From positions 64,307-128,306 of the forward strand of contig JAZJZK010000023.1 of NCBI GenBank assembly GCA_040389905.1: a DNA stretch of 64,000 nucleotides, given 5' to 3'. How positions within the stretch are numbered: position 1 is the stretch's first letter; each line of letters opens with the position of its first letter. Origin of the DNA: Gemmatimonadota bacterium. GTDB taxonomy: Bacteria; Gemmatimonadota; Gemmatimonadetes; Gemmatimonadales; Gemmatimonadaceae. The position numbers were made by a program, and so were the translations under genes. This document shows positions 1 to 10,050 of this stretch, piece by piece. The notes beneath the pieces are model-generated. The model ran no database searches. It was not told the DNA's origin and saw nothing but the letters and a program-made list of their open reading frames with translations.

Positions 1-36
1 CGCGCGCGACACTTGGAAAGAGCTGAACCGCAACTG

Positions 37-192
37 ATTTCACCGCAGAGGGAGCAGAGAAACGCAGAGGAAAAGCGTACCAGCAGGTGCAGACCCCTCG
101 ACTCGCGTTGCGAAGCGAAGGGCCTGCACCTTCCGAAGTTCCTTTCGCAGTCCTCCGCGTGCCTCTGCTCGTCTGCGACCTCTGCGGTAAAT
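37..192. repeat. REP/MITE-like inverted-repeat element (CGCAGAG / CTCTGCG arms)
   Basis: ATTTCACCGCAGAG..GCAGAG..CGCAGAGG at 37-70 is mirrored by CTCCGCG..CTCTGC..CTCTGCGGTAAAT at 153-192. Confidence 0.7.
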
Positions 193-261
193 GCGACCCG
201 AGGTTTCGTCCGTGACGACAGCAGACGCCGGTTACAACGGTCTCGACCGCGGCGACAGAAC

Positions 262-275
262 GGCACATCGATTGC
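262..275 (+). promoter_or_regulatory. sigma54-type -24/-12 promoter
   Basis: GGCAC-ATCGA-TTGC, about 50 nt upstream of the CsbD-family start. Confidence 0.6.
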
Positions 276-327
276 CTTGTCTCCTACCAAGCGAAAGACG
301 ACTGAACCTCGCATGGAGGATAGACGC

Positions 328-528
328 ATGGCCAAGGATCTCGGCACGGATGGGTTCGAAAACCAGGTAAAGGGCGCTGCGAAGGAAGTTGAGGGCAAGG
401 TTCGCAAGAACGTCGGCGACATGACCGACAACCACAGCGAAGAGCTCAAGGGCAAGGCGAAGGAGATGGAGGGCAAGGCCCAGCGCAAGATCGGCGAAGC
501 CGAGTCGGATCTCGATCGCAATACCTGA
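328..528 (+). CDS. CsbD family stress protein
   Basis: 66 aa, KGAAKEVEGKVRKNVGDMTD..KGKAKEMEGKAQRKIG; RBS GGAGGA at 315-320. Confidence 0.9.
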   Translation: MAKDLGTDGFENQVKGAAKEVEGKVRKNVGDMTDNHSEELKGKAKEMEGKAQRKIGEAESDLDRNT

Positions 529-546
529 CCTCGAGTCTCGCGAATG

Positions 547-590
547 TGAACGGGAGTGCCGGCGGCAACCGGCGCTCCCGTTCATCGTTT
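547..590 (+). terminator. intrinsic terminator hairpin
   Basis: TGAACGGGAGTGCCGG / CCGGCGCTCCCGTTCA stem followed by TCGTTT. Confidence 0.65.
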
Positions 591-720
591 CGTAATCCGG
601 CGATCACAAAGACATCACGGGACGAAGAGCCAAGGTTAATCGCCGCATCACGAGCGCCTTAGGTCCGCGGCGTATTGTCGTTGAGGAAGCACGCTCACGA
701 CACCGAACGCGGAGGAAGTC

Positions 721-1431
721 ATGTTCACGACACTGTTGGAATCACGCGCTGTGCGCACGCGCCGGACCGGTAGTACCACCGTCAGCGCACTCTTGCACGG
801 CGCGCTCATTGCCGGTGCGGTCGCGCTGACGCTGCCGAGCCAAGGCGACGCCTACATCGAGGATCTCACGCCGCGCGACACGATCATCTACGTACCGGTA
901 TCGCGCCCGGTGACGAGCAATCCAGCGCCGAGCGTGCACTCCACCACAACCGTGTTCAACCCGGCTCCCGCTCCCGCGTTGCCCGTGATATCGATCAACC
1001 TCACGGAACACACGCTTCCTCCCGTGGATATGCCGCTCGCGCCACCAATTCCCAACGGCGAATTCACGGGCCAGGGAGTTGGTAGTTCGAGCAGCCACGA
1101 CGCGGGAGGCGCGTCAATTGGAACCGGTGGCGAGGCCATCGACGTCAACTACGTCGAGCGCATTCCGCGCGTGCTCGGCAATCCACCCGTGCCGCGCTAT
1201 CCCGGCGCGCTCCGTCAGAGTGGGGTGTCCGGCCAGGTCGTCGTCCGCTTCGTGATCGACACGCTGGGACGCGCAGAACTGGGTGGCGTGACGATTCAGG
1301 AGAGCTCGCATCCGCTGTTCTCGGAAGCCGTACGCAATGTGCTACTTCAATATCGCTTCGCGCCGGGAGAAGTCGGCGGCCGAAAGGTGCGCACGATGGT
1401 GCAGCAGCCATTCACCTTCACACTCAAATAG
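721..1431 (+). CDS. tonB: TonB family energy transducer
   Basis: N-terminal TM with SxxxH (SALLH), Pro-rich linker, TonB_C domain (PRYP..GQVVVRFVIDTLGR..RFAPG); RBS GGAGG. Confidence 0.88.
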   Translation: MFTTLLESRAVRTRRTGSTTVSALLHGALIAGAVALTLPSQGDAYIEDLTPRDTIIYVPVSRPVTSNPAPSVHSTTTVFNPAPAPALPVISINLTEHTLPPVDMPLAPPIPNGEFTGQGVGSSSSHDAGGASIGTGGEAIDVNYVERIPRVLGNPPVPRYPGALRQSGVSGQVVVRFVIDTLGRAELGGVTIQESSHPLFSEAVRNVLLQYRFAPGEVGGRKVRTMVQQPFTFTLK

Positions 1432-1432
1432 A

Positions 1433-1520
1433 GAATCCGGCAGTTTCCGTCCTGATCCGGTGAATCCGTTCCTCAATCAGTAAACAAGTGTGAGGAACGG
1501 ATTGACCAGATGCGACGGAA
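1433..1520. repeat. ATCCG/CGGAT inverted-repeat element between convergent genes
   Basis: AATCCGTTCCTCA / TGAGGAACGGATT perfect stem plus flanking ATCCG units. Confidence 0.65.
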
Positions 1521-1533
1521 CAAGCCCGATCGT

Positions 1534-3048
1534 CTACTTCAATAGGGATGTATTGCCGACGAACGCAATCCGCTTCCCGTCCGGCGACCACGACGGCACG
1601 TTGATCGTCCCCTGACCGCCGTAGAGATAGGCCAACACCTTGGCTTTGCCGCCCTCAGCGGGAATCAGCTTGATGTACACGTGCTTGTAAAACGGGTGAT
1701 CGCCGGCCGGTATGTCCTTCGGGAACGCGATATAAACGATCCACTTTCCGTCAGGAGAGAAGTGCGGGAACCAGTTGTTGTAGTCGTCGTGCGTGATCTG
1801 CTCCTGCTGGCTGCCGTCCGGCTTCATGCGCCAGATCTGCATGCGCCCGGTTCGTGCCGAATTGAAGTAGATGTACTGCCCATCGGGTGAGTATTCCGGA
1901 CCATCGTCAACACCCTTCGTATTGGTGAGCTTCTCATCGTCGCCGCCCGCGCTCGAGACGCGATAGATGTCGAACTCTCCGTCACGCAAGCCGGCGAATA
2001 CCATCCATTTCGCATCGGGCGACCATCCGTGGAGGTACGACGGCCCTCGCTTCGTGACGCGCTTCGGTGTGCCGCCCTCGAGTGGGACGGTGTAGATGTT
2101 CGACCGTCCGCTGTCATCTGCCGCGCCATGACTGATGCCGAGCATCTTGCCGTCGAACGATAGGACGTGATCGTTGTTGTTGCGGTTCGCGAACGCGGTG
2201 TTCAGCACCGACGGCGTACGCGTCGCGAGATTGAAGCGATAGATCAGGCCGTCCTGGCTGTACAACAACTCCTTGCCGTCGAGCGTCCAGTTGGGCGCCT
2301 GAAGCGATCCCGGAATCTCGTGCAGGATCATCCGGTCGCCCGTCGCGACGTCCATCGTCTCCAGATGGCTGCCGATGTACTCGCGGTACGGAACAAAATC
2401 CTTCCTCGCCGGAATTGTGATGCGCACGTTGTCGAATGTCGCGCGCTCCGTGACTGCGTCATCGTGCGAGCAGATGTACATCCCGACGTACACTTCGTCG
2501 GGCAGCGTGACGTCATTCAGCTCATTGCTCACCAGTGTATCGCCGTACCGCGACACCGACATGATGTACTTGCCGTCGCGCCGCTCGAGCTGAACGATGT
2601 GCTGGCCCATGCGATCGGGGAGGCTGTCGGTGACGCGCTGCTCCGACGGCCCACCGACGGTGCGTCGCGTCTGCAGTGACGCCATGCCATTGCCGTGCAT
2701 CGCCGCGGTCACGTGGGTCGAGTTGGTTTCCAACGTGGGGCGAATGCTCCAGCCCACTTTCCGGTGCTCGTTCCCACCGGCGGTTGCGAACTGCGTCCGC
2801 ATCGTGAGAATGAAGTTGCCTGTCATCTTCCGATACACGAAATGGAAGTCATCGTGATCAGCCCACATGTTCTGACCCGCCCCTTCGATCGTGTAGCGCT
2901 GCGTTGCGACGTCATACGTCGCCGTACCGGGGCGGCTCGTCTTGCCCACGTCCACCTGGGATTCGAAGACGCCGAGCGGAAGCTGTTGGGCGAGCACTGG
3001 AGTGGATGAGAAGGCGAGAGTGGTGGCAACGACGAGGCGAGCATTCAT
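1534..3048 (-). CDS. TolB-like PD40 beta-propeller protein with N-terminal beta-sandwich domain
   Basis: Signal peptide; repeated WSPDG/FSPDG/YSPDG motifs. Confidence 0.85.
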   Translation of the reverse strand: MNARLVVATTLAFSSTPVLAQQLPLGVFESQVDVGKTSRPGTATYDVATQRYTIEGAGQNMWADHDDFHFVYRKMTGNFILTMRTQFATAGGNEHRKVGWSIRPTLETNSTHVTAAMHGNGMASLQTRRTVGGPSEQRVTDSLPDRMGQHIVQLERRDGKYIMSVSRYGDTLVSNELNDVTLPDEVYVGMYICSHDDAVTERATFDNVRITIPARKDFVPYREYIGSHLETMDVATGDRMILHEIPGSLQAPNWTLDGKELLYSQDGLIYRFNLATRTPSVLNTAFANRNNNDHVLSFDGKMLGISHGAADDSGRSNIYTVPLEGGTPKRVTKRGPSYLHGWSPDAKWMVFAGLRDGEFDIYRVSSAGGDDEKLTNTKGVDDGPEYSPDGQYIYFNSARTGRMQIWRMKPDGSQQEQITHDDYNNWFPHFSPDGKWIVYIAFPKDIPAGDHPFYKHVYIKLIPAEGGKAKVLAYLYGGQGTINVPSWSPDGKRIAFVGNTSLLK

Positions 3049-3944
3049 CGGAAGCGATACCCGAGGGTCTCGAGGTGAGTTTTGCTGAGGCGTGCGGTTT
3101 CGAGCGGAGCCGTGGCTTGCGAGCCGGACGAGGGATTGAGCTCGACCATCAACATCAAGTCATTCGGCGCCGTTTCGAGAAGATTCACGACGCCAGCGAT
3201 ATCGACGCGCCCGTGGCCGAGTGGACAGTAGCCGTCGTTCGTCGCACCACCGTTGTAGTCCTTGAGGTGCGCGTGCCGAATGAGGGGAAGAAAGTCGCGA
3301 ATGATCGGCAGTGGGTCGGCACCGCCGGCCATCAGTTCGCCGACATCCGGGGCGAGCTTCACGATGGAGGTATCCACCGCCTCCATGACGGCGTACACGT
3401 CATCGCGTGTCTCGATGCAACTGCCGGAATGCGGATGGAGCGCCCCGATCACGCCGGTATCGGCGAGCGCTCGACCGATGTCATTCAGTGTTGCAACGAT
3501 TTGCGTTTGATTCGCGCGCATGTCGAACGTCGAGCGCGTGACGTTGTTCGGGCCAATAACGGCAACGGAACCACCAGCGGCGCGGATCAACTTGCCCCAC
3601 CGCGTGGCCGCAGCGAGTGTCGCGGCGCGCTTCGCGCTGTCAGTCAACTCGAACGGACAATAGGCCGATCGCAGTGGAAGATTCGCCTGCTCCAGCAGGC
3701 GCTTGAGCCCTCCGCGCTGATCCCAGTATTCCAGCACGCTCCCGAACGATTCGAACGCGTGATAGCCGAGCGAGCCAACATCCGCGATCGCGCGCTCGGC
3801 GTTGGCGGGCGCGTAGCCCCACGTGATGCCGGTGTGACCAACGAGCAACTTGCGCGCTGGCGGCGACGCGACTCCGGCGCGCGCGCACGCCAGCCCGCCG
3901 GCGACGACGCCGAGAAAATCGCGGCGCGAGAGTGACCTGTTCAC
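3045..3944 (-). CDS. Tat-exported sugar phosphate isomerase/epimerase-family TIM barrel
   Basis: SRRDFL Tat motif; LHPH, PDVGEL, HLKD, MVE metal motifs; GTG start overlaps the upstream stop. Confidence 0.82.
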   Translation of the reverse strand: MNRSLSRRDFLGVVAGGLACARAGVASPPARKLLVGHTGITWGYAPANAERAIADVGSLGYHAFESFGSVLEYWDQRGGLKRLLEQANLPLRSAYCPFELTDSAKRAATLAAATRWGKLIRAAGGSVAVIGPNNVTRSTFDMRANQTQIVATLNDIGRALADTGVIGALHPHSGSCIETRDDVYAVMEAVDTSIVKLAPDVGELMAGGADPLPIIRDFLPLIRHAHLKDYNGGATNDGYCPLGHGRVDIAGVVNLLETAPNDLMLMVELNPSSGSQATAPLETARLSKTHLETLGYRFR

Positions 3945-6232
3945 GGAAGTGTGAACACCACGTAGCCACCACCGCCTCGCGGACCGTCCGCGCCAATGCC
4001 GCTCTCTCGCGATCGGCGTCCCCACGTCAATGGGGTCGTCGCGTTCACGACGAGATGCACCTTGCCGTTGATCTCGTACATCGCCGGAAGTCCTTCCGTT
4101 CCCATCGGCAATTGGCCGGTCCAGAGTACTTTCCCGTTATCCGCGTCGAAGGCGTAGACGTGACCGTCTTTCGCCGTCGAGAAGACGAGTCCTGTCGACG
4201 TGACGACCATGCCGTTGCGTTGCGTGCCGCGCGGCACGCCGGTGTTCTTTGCGCCCGCTTCCGTCGCTCGGAGATCCTGTCCGATCGGCACTTTCCACTT
4301 GATTGTGCTGCGATTGAGATCATACGCGATCAGCGTGGACCAGGGCGGCGCCATGATGTATGGATGACCAAGTCCGTAGTCCGTGCTGTACCGACTCGCC
4401 GGCGCTTCGACGCCTGCTGGATAGCCCGGCCGTGCGGCGCCTTGTCCGCGACCACCACCGCTCGCGGGAGGACGTGGTGCGCCACCCGTCGCCACAACCG
4501 GCCCACTCGGCGGCATCGATCCTCCAACCGGAATCTGAAACGCGGGACCTGACGCATTCCCGCCAAGGTAGGTGTAGATGTCCCTGATCGTCTCGTCATC
4601 GAGGTGCGCGAAGGCAGGCATCTGCGCGCCACCCGCGCTGACGATGAAGCGAAAATCAGCCATGCTCAGGCGCGAGGCGGAGCTTCCCGAGAGTGCAGGC
4701 CCGGAATCGCCCACGCCACGCGCACCGTGGCAGTTCTCGCAATTCGTGGCAAACGTCTTCGCACCACGCGTCCCATTGCCGGATGCAGTGTCGTCGCGAT
4801 CACGCGCAGCAGCACGCTTCTCCAGCCGATAAAACGACGGGAAGTCCTGATTGAGCACGTAGACGATTCCTCGCTCCGGATCCGCGGCGGTGTTCCCCCA
4901 GTTCGATCCACCAACCGCGCCCGGTACTGAAACGGTCTCCTGCGTCAGCGACGGAGGATTGAATAGCCCCTTCCGCGCGGCATCGATCCGTTTGGTCCAC
5001 GTCACGCGCTCTGCCTCGCTCAAGAAAATCGGCGTGAGCATGTTCGACGTGAACGTCTGCCGTGCGAACGGCGGAAGCACGGAGGGAAACGGCTGCGTCG
5101 GCCACGCATGTTCGCCGGGCACATCGCTCGGCGGCACGGCGCGTTCCGCGATGGGCCACACGGGCGTGCCTGTGACGCGATCGAACACGAAGAGAAACCC
5201 CTGCTTTGTCGCCTGCGCCACGGCGTCGATCGATCTGCCGTCTTTCGTCACGGTGATGAGCTGTGGTGCCGCCGTAGGATCGTAGTCCCAGAGGTCGTGA
5301 TGGACAAACTGGAAGTGCCACAATCGTTTTCCCGTTCGCGCATCGAGCGCGAGCAAGCTACTTCCAAAGAGATTCGCACCCGTTCTGTCGGCACCGTAGT
5401 AGTCATACGTGGGTGAGCCAACGGGGAAGTACGCGATGCCTCGTTTCGCATCGAGCGTAATCTCGCCCCAGGTATTGACGCCGCCCGCGTACTTCCATGC
5501 GTCCTTCGGCCAGGTGTCATAGCCGAATTCACCGGGTTGCGGGATCGTGTGGAACGTCCAGGCCACCTCGCCCGTAATCACGTTGTAGGCGCGGATGTGG
5601 CCCGGCGTGGAGAAGTAGTCCTCGCCGGTGCTCGAGCCGAGCAGGATGAGGTCCTCGAAGATCCGTCCCGGCGTCCCCGACTGCACTCGGCTAATCGTAT
5701 TGGGGTCACGACCGAGGCTGTCCCGCAGGTCGACCGTGCCGTTGCGCCCGAACGTCAGGATCGACTTGCCCGTCGTCGCGTCGATGGCCTGAAGCGTCGA
5801 GTTGAGGGTGAACAGCAAGCGACGGTCGCGACGGTCGACGCTTTCCCAGTAGTTCATCCCGCGCCGAGTCATGCCGCGAAGATTGGCGTGAATCCAGATC
5901 TCCTTCCCAGTCGCCGCATTCAGCGCCACGAGCGAGTTGTTCTTCGCGACCACGTACATGACGCTATCGACGATGATCGGATTGAACTGGTATTGGCTGC
6001 TATCGGCTGTCGAGTAGATCCATGCGACTCTCAGTTTCGAGACATTCGCCTTCGTGAGCTGTTTGAATGCGACGTACTTCGACTGGTCCTGGCTCCCTCC
6101 GTAGTCCAGCCACGTACGCCGAGGGTCGCGCGTGGTGCTCACGAGCGAGACGTCGTTCGACGCGGGGGTCTGCACCGCATTCTGGCACGCGAGTGGTGCG
6201 AGCAGGAGCAGTGCGAAGGTGCGGCGAATCAC
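3941..6232 (-). CDS. PQQ-dependent (glucose dehydrogenase-like) dehydrogenase with cytochrome c domain
   Basis: PQQ propeller repeats, WHFQFVHHDLWDYD, PTQP, CENCH heme motif; lipoprotein-like signal LAC; GTG start inferred. Confidence 0.88.
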   Translation of the reverse strand: MIRRTFALLLLAPLACQNAVQTPASNDVSLVSTTRDPRRTWLDYGGSQDQSKYVAFKQLTKANVSKLRVAWIYSTADSSQYQFNPIIVDSVMYVVAKNNSLVALNAATGKEIWIHANLRGMTRRGMNYWESVDRRDRRLLFTLNSTLQAIDATTGKSILTFGRNGTVDLRDSLGRDPNTISRVQSGTPGRIFEDLILLGSSTGEDYFSTPGHIRAYNVITGEVAWTFHTIPQPGEFGYDTWPKDAWKYAGGVNTWGEITLDAKRGIAYFPVGSPTYDYYGADRTGANLFGSSLLALDARTGKRLWHFQFVHHDLWDYDPTAAPQLITVTKDGRSIDAVAQATKQGFLFVFDRVTGTPVWPIAERAVPPSDVPGEHAWPTQPFPSVLPPFARQTFTSNMLTPIFLSEAERVTWTKRIDAARKGLFNPPSLTQETVSVPGAVGGSNWGNTAADPERGIVYVLNQDFPSFYRLEKRAAARDRDDTASGNGTRGAKTFATNCENCHGARGVGDSGPALSGSSASRLSMADFRFIVSAGGAQMPAFAHLDDETIRDIYTYLGGNASGPAFQIPVGGSMPPSGPVVATGGAPRPPASGGGRGQGAARPGYPAGVEAPASRYSTDYGLGHPYIMAPPWSTLIAYDLNRSTIKWKVPIGQDLRATEAGAKNTGVPRGTQRNGMVVTSTGLVFSTAKDGHVYAFDADNGKVLWTGQLPMGTEGLPAMYEINGKVHLVVNATTPLTWGRRSRESGIGADGPRGGGGYVVFTLP

Positions 6233-7098
6233 GGCGTCTCGGCTGGTAGCGAGGAGACGATGCCGCCAGCGGGAACGTCGATACCAGCCGCCCAGGCGAT
6301 CCCATTCAACAGAAAACGGCGATAGTCCTCGAGCTTCATGTTGTCGTGATAGTCGACGCCACCCATCACGAATCCCCTCCCGCCGTCCGCACGCTGATAC
6401 GCCCACGATACCACCTGGGGCCCGATCGTAGCACGTGCCGGCGTACCAACGAGGAGATCGGTGCGTTTGGGATCGTCCGGCAGGAAATAGCGGGAAAAAA
6501 TCTCGTCGCGATACGACCAGGGCTTCACACCGCGGAGGATGGGATGCGACTCGTTGCGCAGTGCGATCGCCCACTGGTCGTTCGGGTTCTTCGACATCAT
6601 CTGCACCCAAAGGCCACCGGTCCAGTCGATGTAGTAGGCGCGCGCCGCCCAGTTCTCGACCCAACTGGCGTAATGAATGATCACGATGCCGATATGCTTG
6701 CGCTTGATCAGTGAATCGAGCCCGGCGAGGTATGACTTCGTCTCTGCGTCGTAACCGGTGTGGTTCGTCGTCGGATCAGGTGGAAAGAGCGGATGAATCT
6801 CATTGGCGGCGCGATCGGAGCTGCTCTCGATCACGAGAACGGACGCATTCTCCAACTCGGCGAGATTCCTCGGCGCCTTTCCGACGATCACCTTGGTCGT
6901 GACCCCAGGAAGATTCGACGCGTGGTCGAATCCGTAGGCGAGGACCCGAAGGTCCTTCTCGTACTCGTGTCGTCCGGGCGCTCCGTGGTCGCGCGGACCA
7001 GCGAGGAACACGATCTGCTTGCCCCCCGCCGGCGTTTGCCCATGCCCGGCGGTGGCGAGCAGTGCGAGGGCGATGCTCGAAACGAGGACGTGTCGCAT
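6229..7098 (-). CDS. ThuA-like domain protein, exported
   Basis: IVFLAGP.DH..G.HEY, HPILRGV..W...DE, GGRGF...G..H..N.....RRFLLNGIAW; signal peptide. Confidence 0.78.
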   Translation of the reverse strand: MRHVLVSSIALALLATAGHGQTPAGGKQIVFLAGPRDHGAPGRHEYEKDLRVLAYGFDHASNLPGVTTKVIVGKAPRNLAELENASVLVIESSSDRAANEIHPLFPPDPTTNHTGYDAETKSYLAGLDSLIKRKHIGIVIIHYASWVENWAARAYYIDWTGGLWVQMMSKNPNDQWAIALRNESHPILRGVKPWSYRDEIFSRYFLPDDPKRTDLLVGTPARATIGPQVVSWAYQRADGGRGFVMGGVDYHDNMKLEDYRRFLLNGIAWAAGIDVPAGGIVSSLPAETP

Positions 7099-7259
7099 GC
7101 GACTTCTCCATGTGGTCAGGTCGCCAATATGGAGAGGCGCATTCTCCCATGAAATGCCACCGGGAGAGGTCAGGAAATAGGGTTTCCTTATCATCAACCA
7201 CACGGCAGAGCTGGCTAAAATAAAAACGCCGCGTTCGAAAGCGTACATTCCCATCGAAA

Positions 7260-7413
7260 CATTGAACGCGGATTGAGCGAATGGAAAAGAAGAACAACGA
7301 TAAAGCATGAACCAAGTGCTCTTTCTCAAAAACAAACCGCTGCGAGTCGCCTCGGTCATCCTCACTGAACAAATCACTTTTTTCAGTTCAATCCGCTCAA
7401 TCCGCGTTCGATG
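7260..7413. repeat. ATCCG/CGGAT inverted-repeat element
   Basis: CATTGAACGCGGATTGAGC / GCTCAATCCGCGTTCGATG (18 of 19 paired) around an AT-rich spacer. Confidence 0.7.
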
Positions 7414-7446
7414 TGCCGGCGCTGACATTCACGACGGATAGTAACG

Positions 7447-10050
7447 CTAGAATTCCCAACTCACCCCGAAACTCGGCAGACGCGGCATCAACGAGTCGAC
7501 GCGCTTCGTGTAGACGATGTTGCCATGAATGACGCTGGTCGACGGATCGTACGCGCGCGCATTCGCCCTGTCGTAGACGTTGAACAGATCGCCGAAGAGT
7601 GACACTCGCGTCGCACCGACGCTGATGTCGCGCAGGATTCGCAGGTCGAGACGATGATAGCTCCGCAGACGATCGGCGTTGCGCGCACCGTACACGCGAT
7701 GCGCGAGTGTACGCCTGTTCGATAGGGTATCGACGGCGAACTCGAAACCAGTGGTCGGCCATCCAGAGTGGAAGAGCCACGCGCCGCTCAGCTGCCACCC
7801 GGGTGCCGGACGCCAACTGGCATCCAGCGTCACCGTGTGTCTCTGGTCGAGGGTGCGGGGAACCGTGACGCCATCGATCACGTCATTCGCGATGGCATAT
7901 GCGTAGCTCCCGCTCCACGTGGCGCGATGCGCGGGCGATCTCGAGACGAGTACCTCGACACCGCGGGCGATTGAACTGGAGGGAGCGATACGAAGGCGGT
8001 CAGGCTCGATCTCTGGAAAGACGTCGACACTATTGTCCACGCTGATGTAGCGCGGACGGACGCGAAGGACGCGACGTTCGTACGCCTCGATGCGCGCAGA
8101 AATGCCACCGGACAGGTGCTGCTCAATTCCGGCGACTCGATGCTCGGCGAGCTCCGCTGGATCGAAAGCGGTGACACCATCCTGCGTTTGTAGCTCATGC
8201 AGCCCTTCGGGCTGTGCATAGCGTCCCCACGCTGCGCGAATCGTCGTACCGGGTGTCGCGGCGAACGCCGCGGCAACGCGCGGCGAGAGTTGGTGTTCTC
8301 GCGTGTAGCTCTGATAGTCCGCACGACCGCCAAGCTCCATCGTCAATCGCTCGCGTGGTTGGAACTTCGCCGCGATGAAACCGCCACTGTTCATGCCGCT
8401 CGGTGTCGTGTGCACGTACAGGTCCTTGCTGAGCGGCTGTGCCTGGCCACCGACTGCGACGAGCGCGCGCTCGGTCTTCTGATAGTCGTACGTCGCGTTG
8501 CCCGACCGCAGAGAGCCCCCCAACGAGAAGAGAACGTCAGGTGACATGCTCCAGCTCCAATCGTGGCGTACCGAGCCGATCGTCAGATCCCGCACGTCGC
8601 GAATGGCGAGATCCTGAGCGCCGTCATACGTCGAGACGCGAGTGCCCGCGCGGTCCCATGTCAGATTGCCCAGCGACAATATCGTCTCTGTCGTCACCGT
8701 CGGGCTTACAGAAAACTGCGATGTCAGCCAGGCGTAGCTGCTCCCATAGTCGCTCACGATGCGCGGTGTATCGTCGTCGTCCTGATACGTCAGCTTGTCG
8801 CCCGCATGGAGCACATGGACGGCGATCGACCCACGATTGCCGAGTCGATACGTCGCCTTGCCGAGCATATCATAGTAGCGCGGATTGATGTTGTCCTGCT
8901 CACCCGCGGCACGGAGGGCATATTCGAGAAAGCCTCGGCGCGCTGAGATGAGCCAACTGCCGTTGCCGTTTCCGAACGATCCGTGCGATGTGCCGCGCGC
9001 GGTCATGAGAGTCAGGGCGAGTTCGGTGCGCGCGGGCTCGCCAGGTGGCGCATCCACGACGCGCATGCCCATCACGCCGGTCAGATGATCCCCGTACTGC
9101 GCGCCGAAACCACCCGTGGTCAGGTCGAGGCCCGCAATCGCCGCGACGTCGATGATCGAGAGCGCGCCATCAAAATCCTTGAGATGAAACGGCTCCAGCA
9201 GCTCGACCCCGTCGAGTGTGGAGTACACCTCGCGATTCGCACCGCCCCGAACGCGGAAGGCCGAGGAGAAGTCGCTCGCGGAAACACCGGGTAGGCGATT
9301 CACGGATCGGAATAGGTCGTCGCCGATCTGTGGCGCGGCGCGAATCTGTTCGCGCGAGAGCGTCTGGGCCGCGCTGACGTTCTGCTCCATCATCCCGTAG
9401 AAGCCCGGTGTTACGACGACGGCCGACAGCGGAACCGGCGCGCGTACGAGATGCAGCTCAACCGTCGCATCACCGTCAACGGTGGCACGCGCCGGCGCGA
9501 ACCCGAGCAGTCGCGCTTGCACGAATACGATCGTGCGCTCGCGCGAGCCAAGATGAAATGCGCCATCGGAGCCGGAGGTCGTGGACACGATGAGAAGGTT
9601 GTTCACGTCGAACCCATCGACGCGCGCACCGGCGATTGGCGTGTTAGCGGTGTCGCGAACCCGCCCACTCACCTCGCGGCGAGTCGTCTGCAAGTCCTCA
9701 CGCCGTTGGAAGGGCCGCGCTACGAGCGTCGTTCCGGTAACCGATAGAAGAAGCTCGACATCCGTCCCGCGAACGAGGGCAAGCAGCGACGCGCCGAGCG
9801 TGAGTGTGTCCGCGTCGAGCGTCACGTGCCGTTCGAGCGCGGGGAGTGTCCCTGGTGCATAAAGATCGATTCCGGCTCCGCGGGTGAGACGGCGAAGCGC
9901 GTCGCCAAGCGACTCCGCATGTACATGCACGATGGTCACGCGATCGAGAGCGGTGACGCCGGTGCGTCCCGCCCTGAGCGGTACGAACGCGTCCTGCGCC
10001 GTCGCCGACTGCGCGAGGAGGGCGATCAGGATGGCAATGCGCCGGCTCAT
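7447..10050 (-). CDS. TonB-dependent receptor with N-terminal signalling and carboxypeptidase-regulatory-like domains
   Basis: Plug motif LPGV..VRGG, barrel strands, C-terminal F (VSWEF); directly follows FecR. Confidence 0.9.
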   Translation of the reverse strand: MSRRIAILIALLAQSATAQDAFVPLRAGRTGVTALDRVTIVHVHAESLGDALRRLTRGAGIDLYAPGTLPALERHVTLDADTLTLGASLLALVRGTDVELLLSVTGTTLVARPFQRREDLQTTRREVSGRVRDTANTPIAGARVDGFDVNNLLIVSTTSGSDGAFHLGSRERTIVFVQARLLGFAPARATVDGDATVELHLVRAPVPLSAVVVTPGFYGMMEQNVSAAQTLSREQIRAAPQIGDDLFRSVNRLPGVSASDFSSAFRVRGGANREVYSTLDGVELLEPFHLKDFDGALSIIDVAAIAGLDLTTGGFGAQYGDHLTGVMGMRVVDAPPGEPARTELALTLMTARGTSHGSFGNGNGSWLISARRGFLEYALRAAGEQDNINPRYYDMLGKATYRLGNRGSIAVHVLHAGDKLTYQDDDDTPRIVSDYGSSYAWLTSQFSVSPTVTTETILSLGNLTWDRAGTRVSTYDGAQDLAIRDVRDLTIGSVRHDWSWSMSPDVLFSLGGSLRSGNATYDYQKTERALVAVGGQAQPLSKDLYVHTTPSGMNSGGFIAAKFQPRERLTMELGGRADYQSYTREHQLSPRVAAAFAATPGTTIRAAWGRYAQPEGLHELQTQDGVTAFDPAELAEHRVAGIEQHLSGGISARIEAYERRVLRVRPRYISVDNSVDVFPEIEPDRLRIAPSSSIARGVEVLVSRSPAHRATWSGSYAYAIANDVIDGVTVPRTLDQRHTVTLDASWRPAPGWQLSGAWLFHSGWPTTGFEFAVDTLSNRRTLAHRVYGARNADRLRSYHRLDLRILRDISVGATRVSLFGDLFNVYDRANARAYDPSTSVIHGNIVYTKRVDSLMPRLPSFGVSWEF

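Noticed and set aside
13..327. N-terminal extension of the CsbD ORF, and similar extensions such as 6233-6664, 7099-7428 and 44671-45009
   Set aside because: The extensions run through repeats or neighbouring genes; downstream starts have an RBS, signal peptide or stop/start overlap
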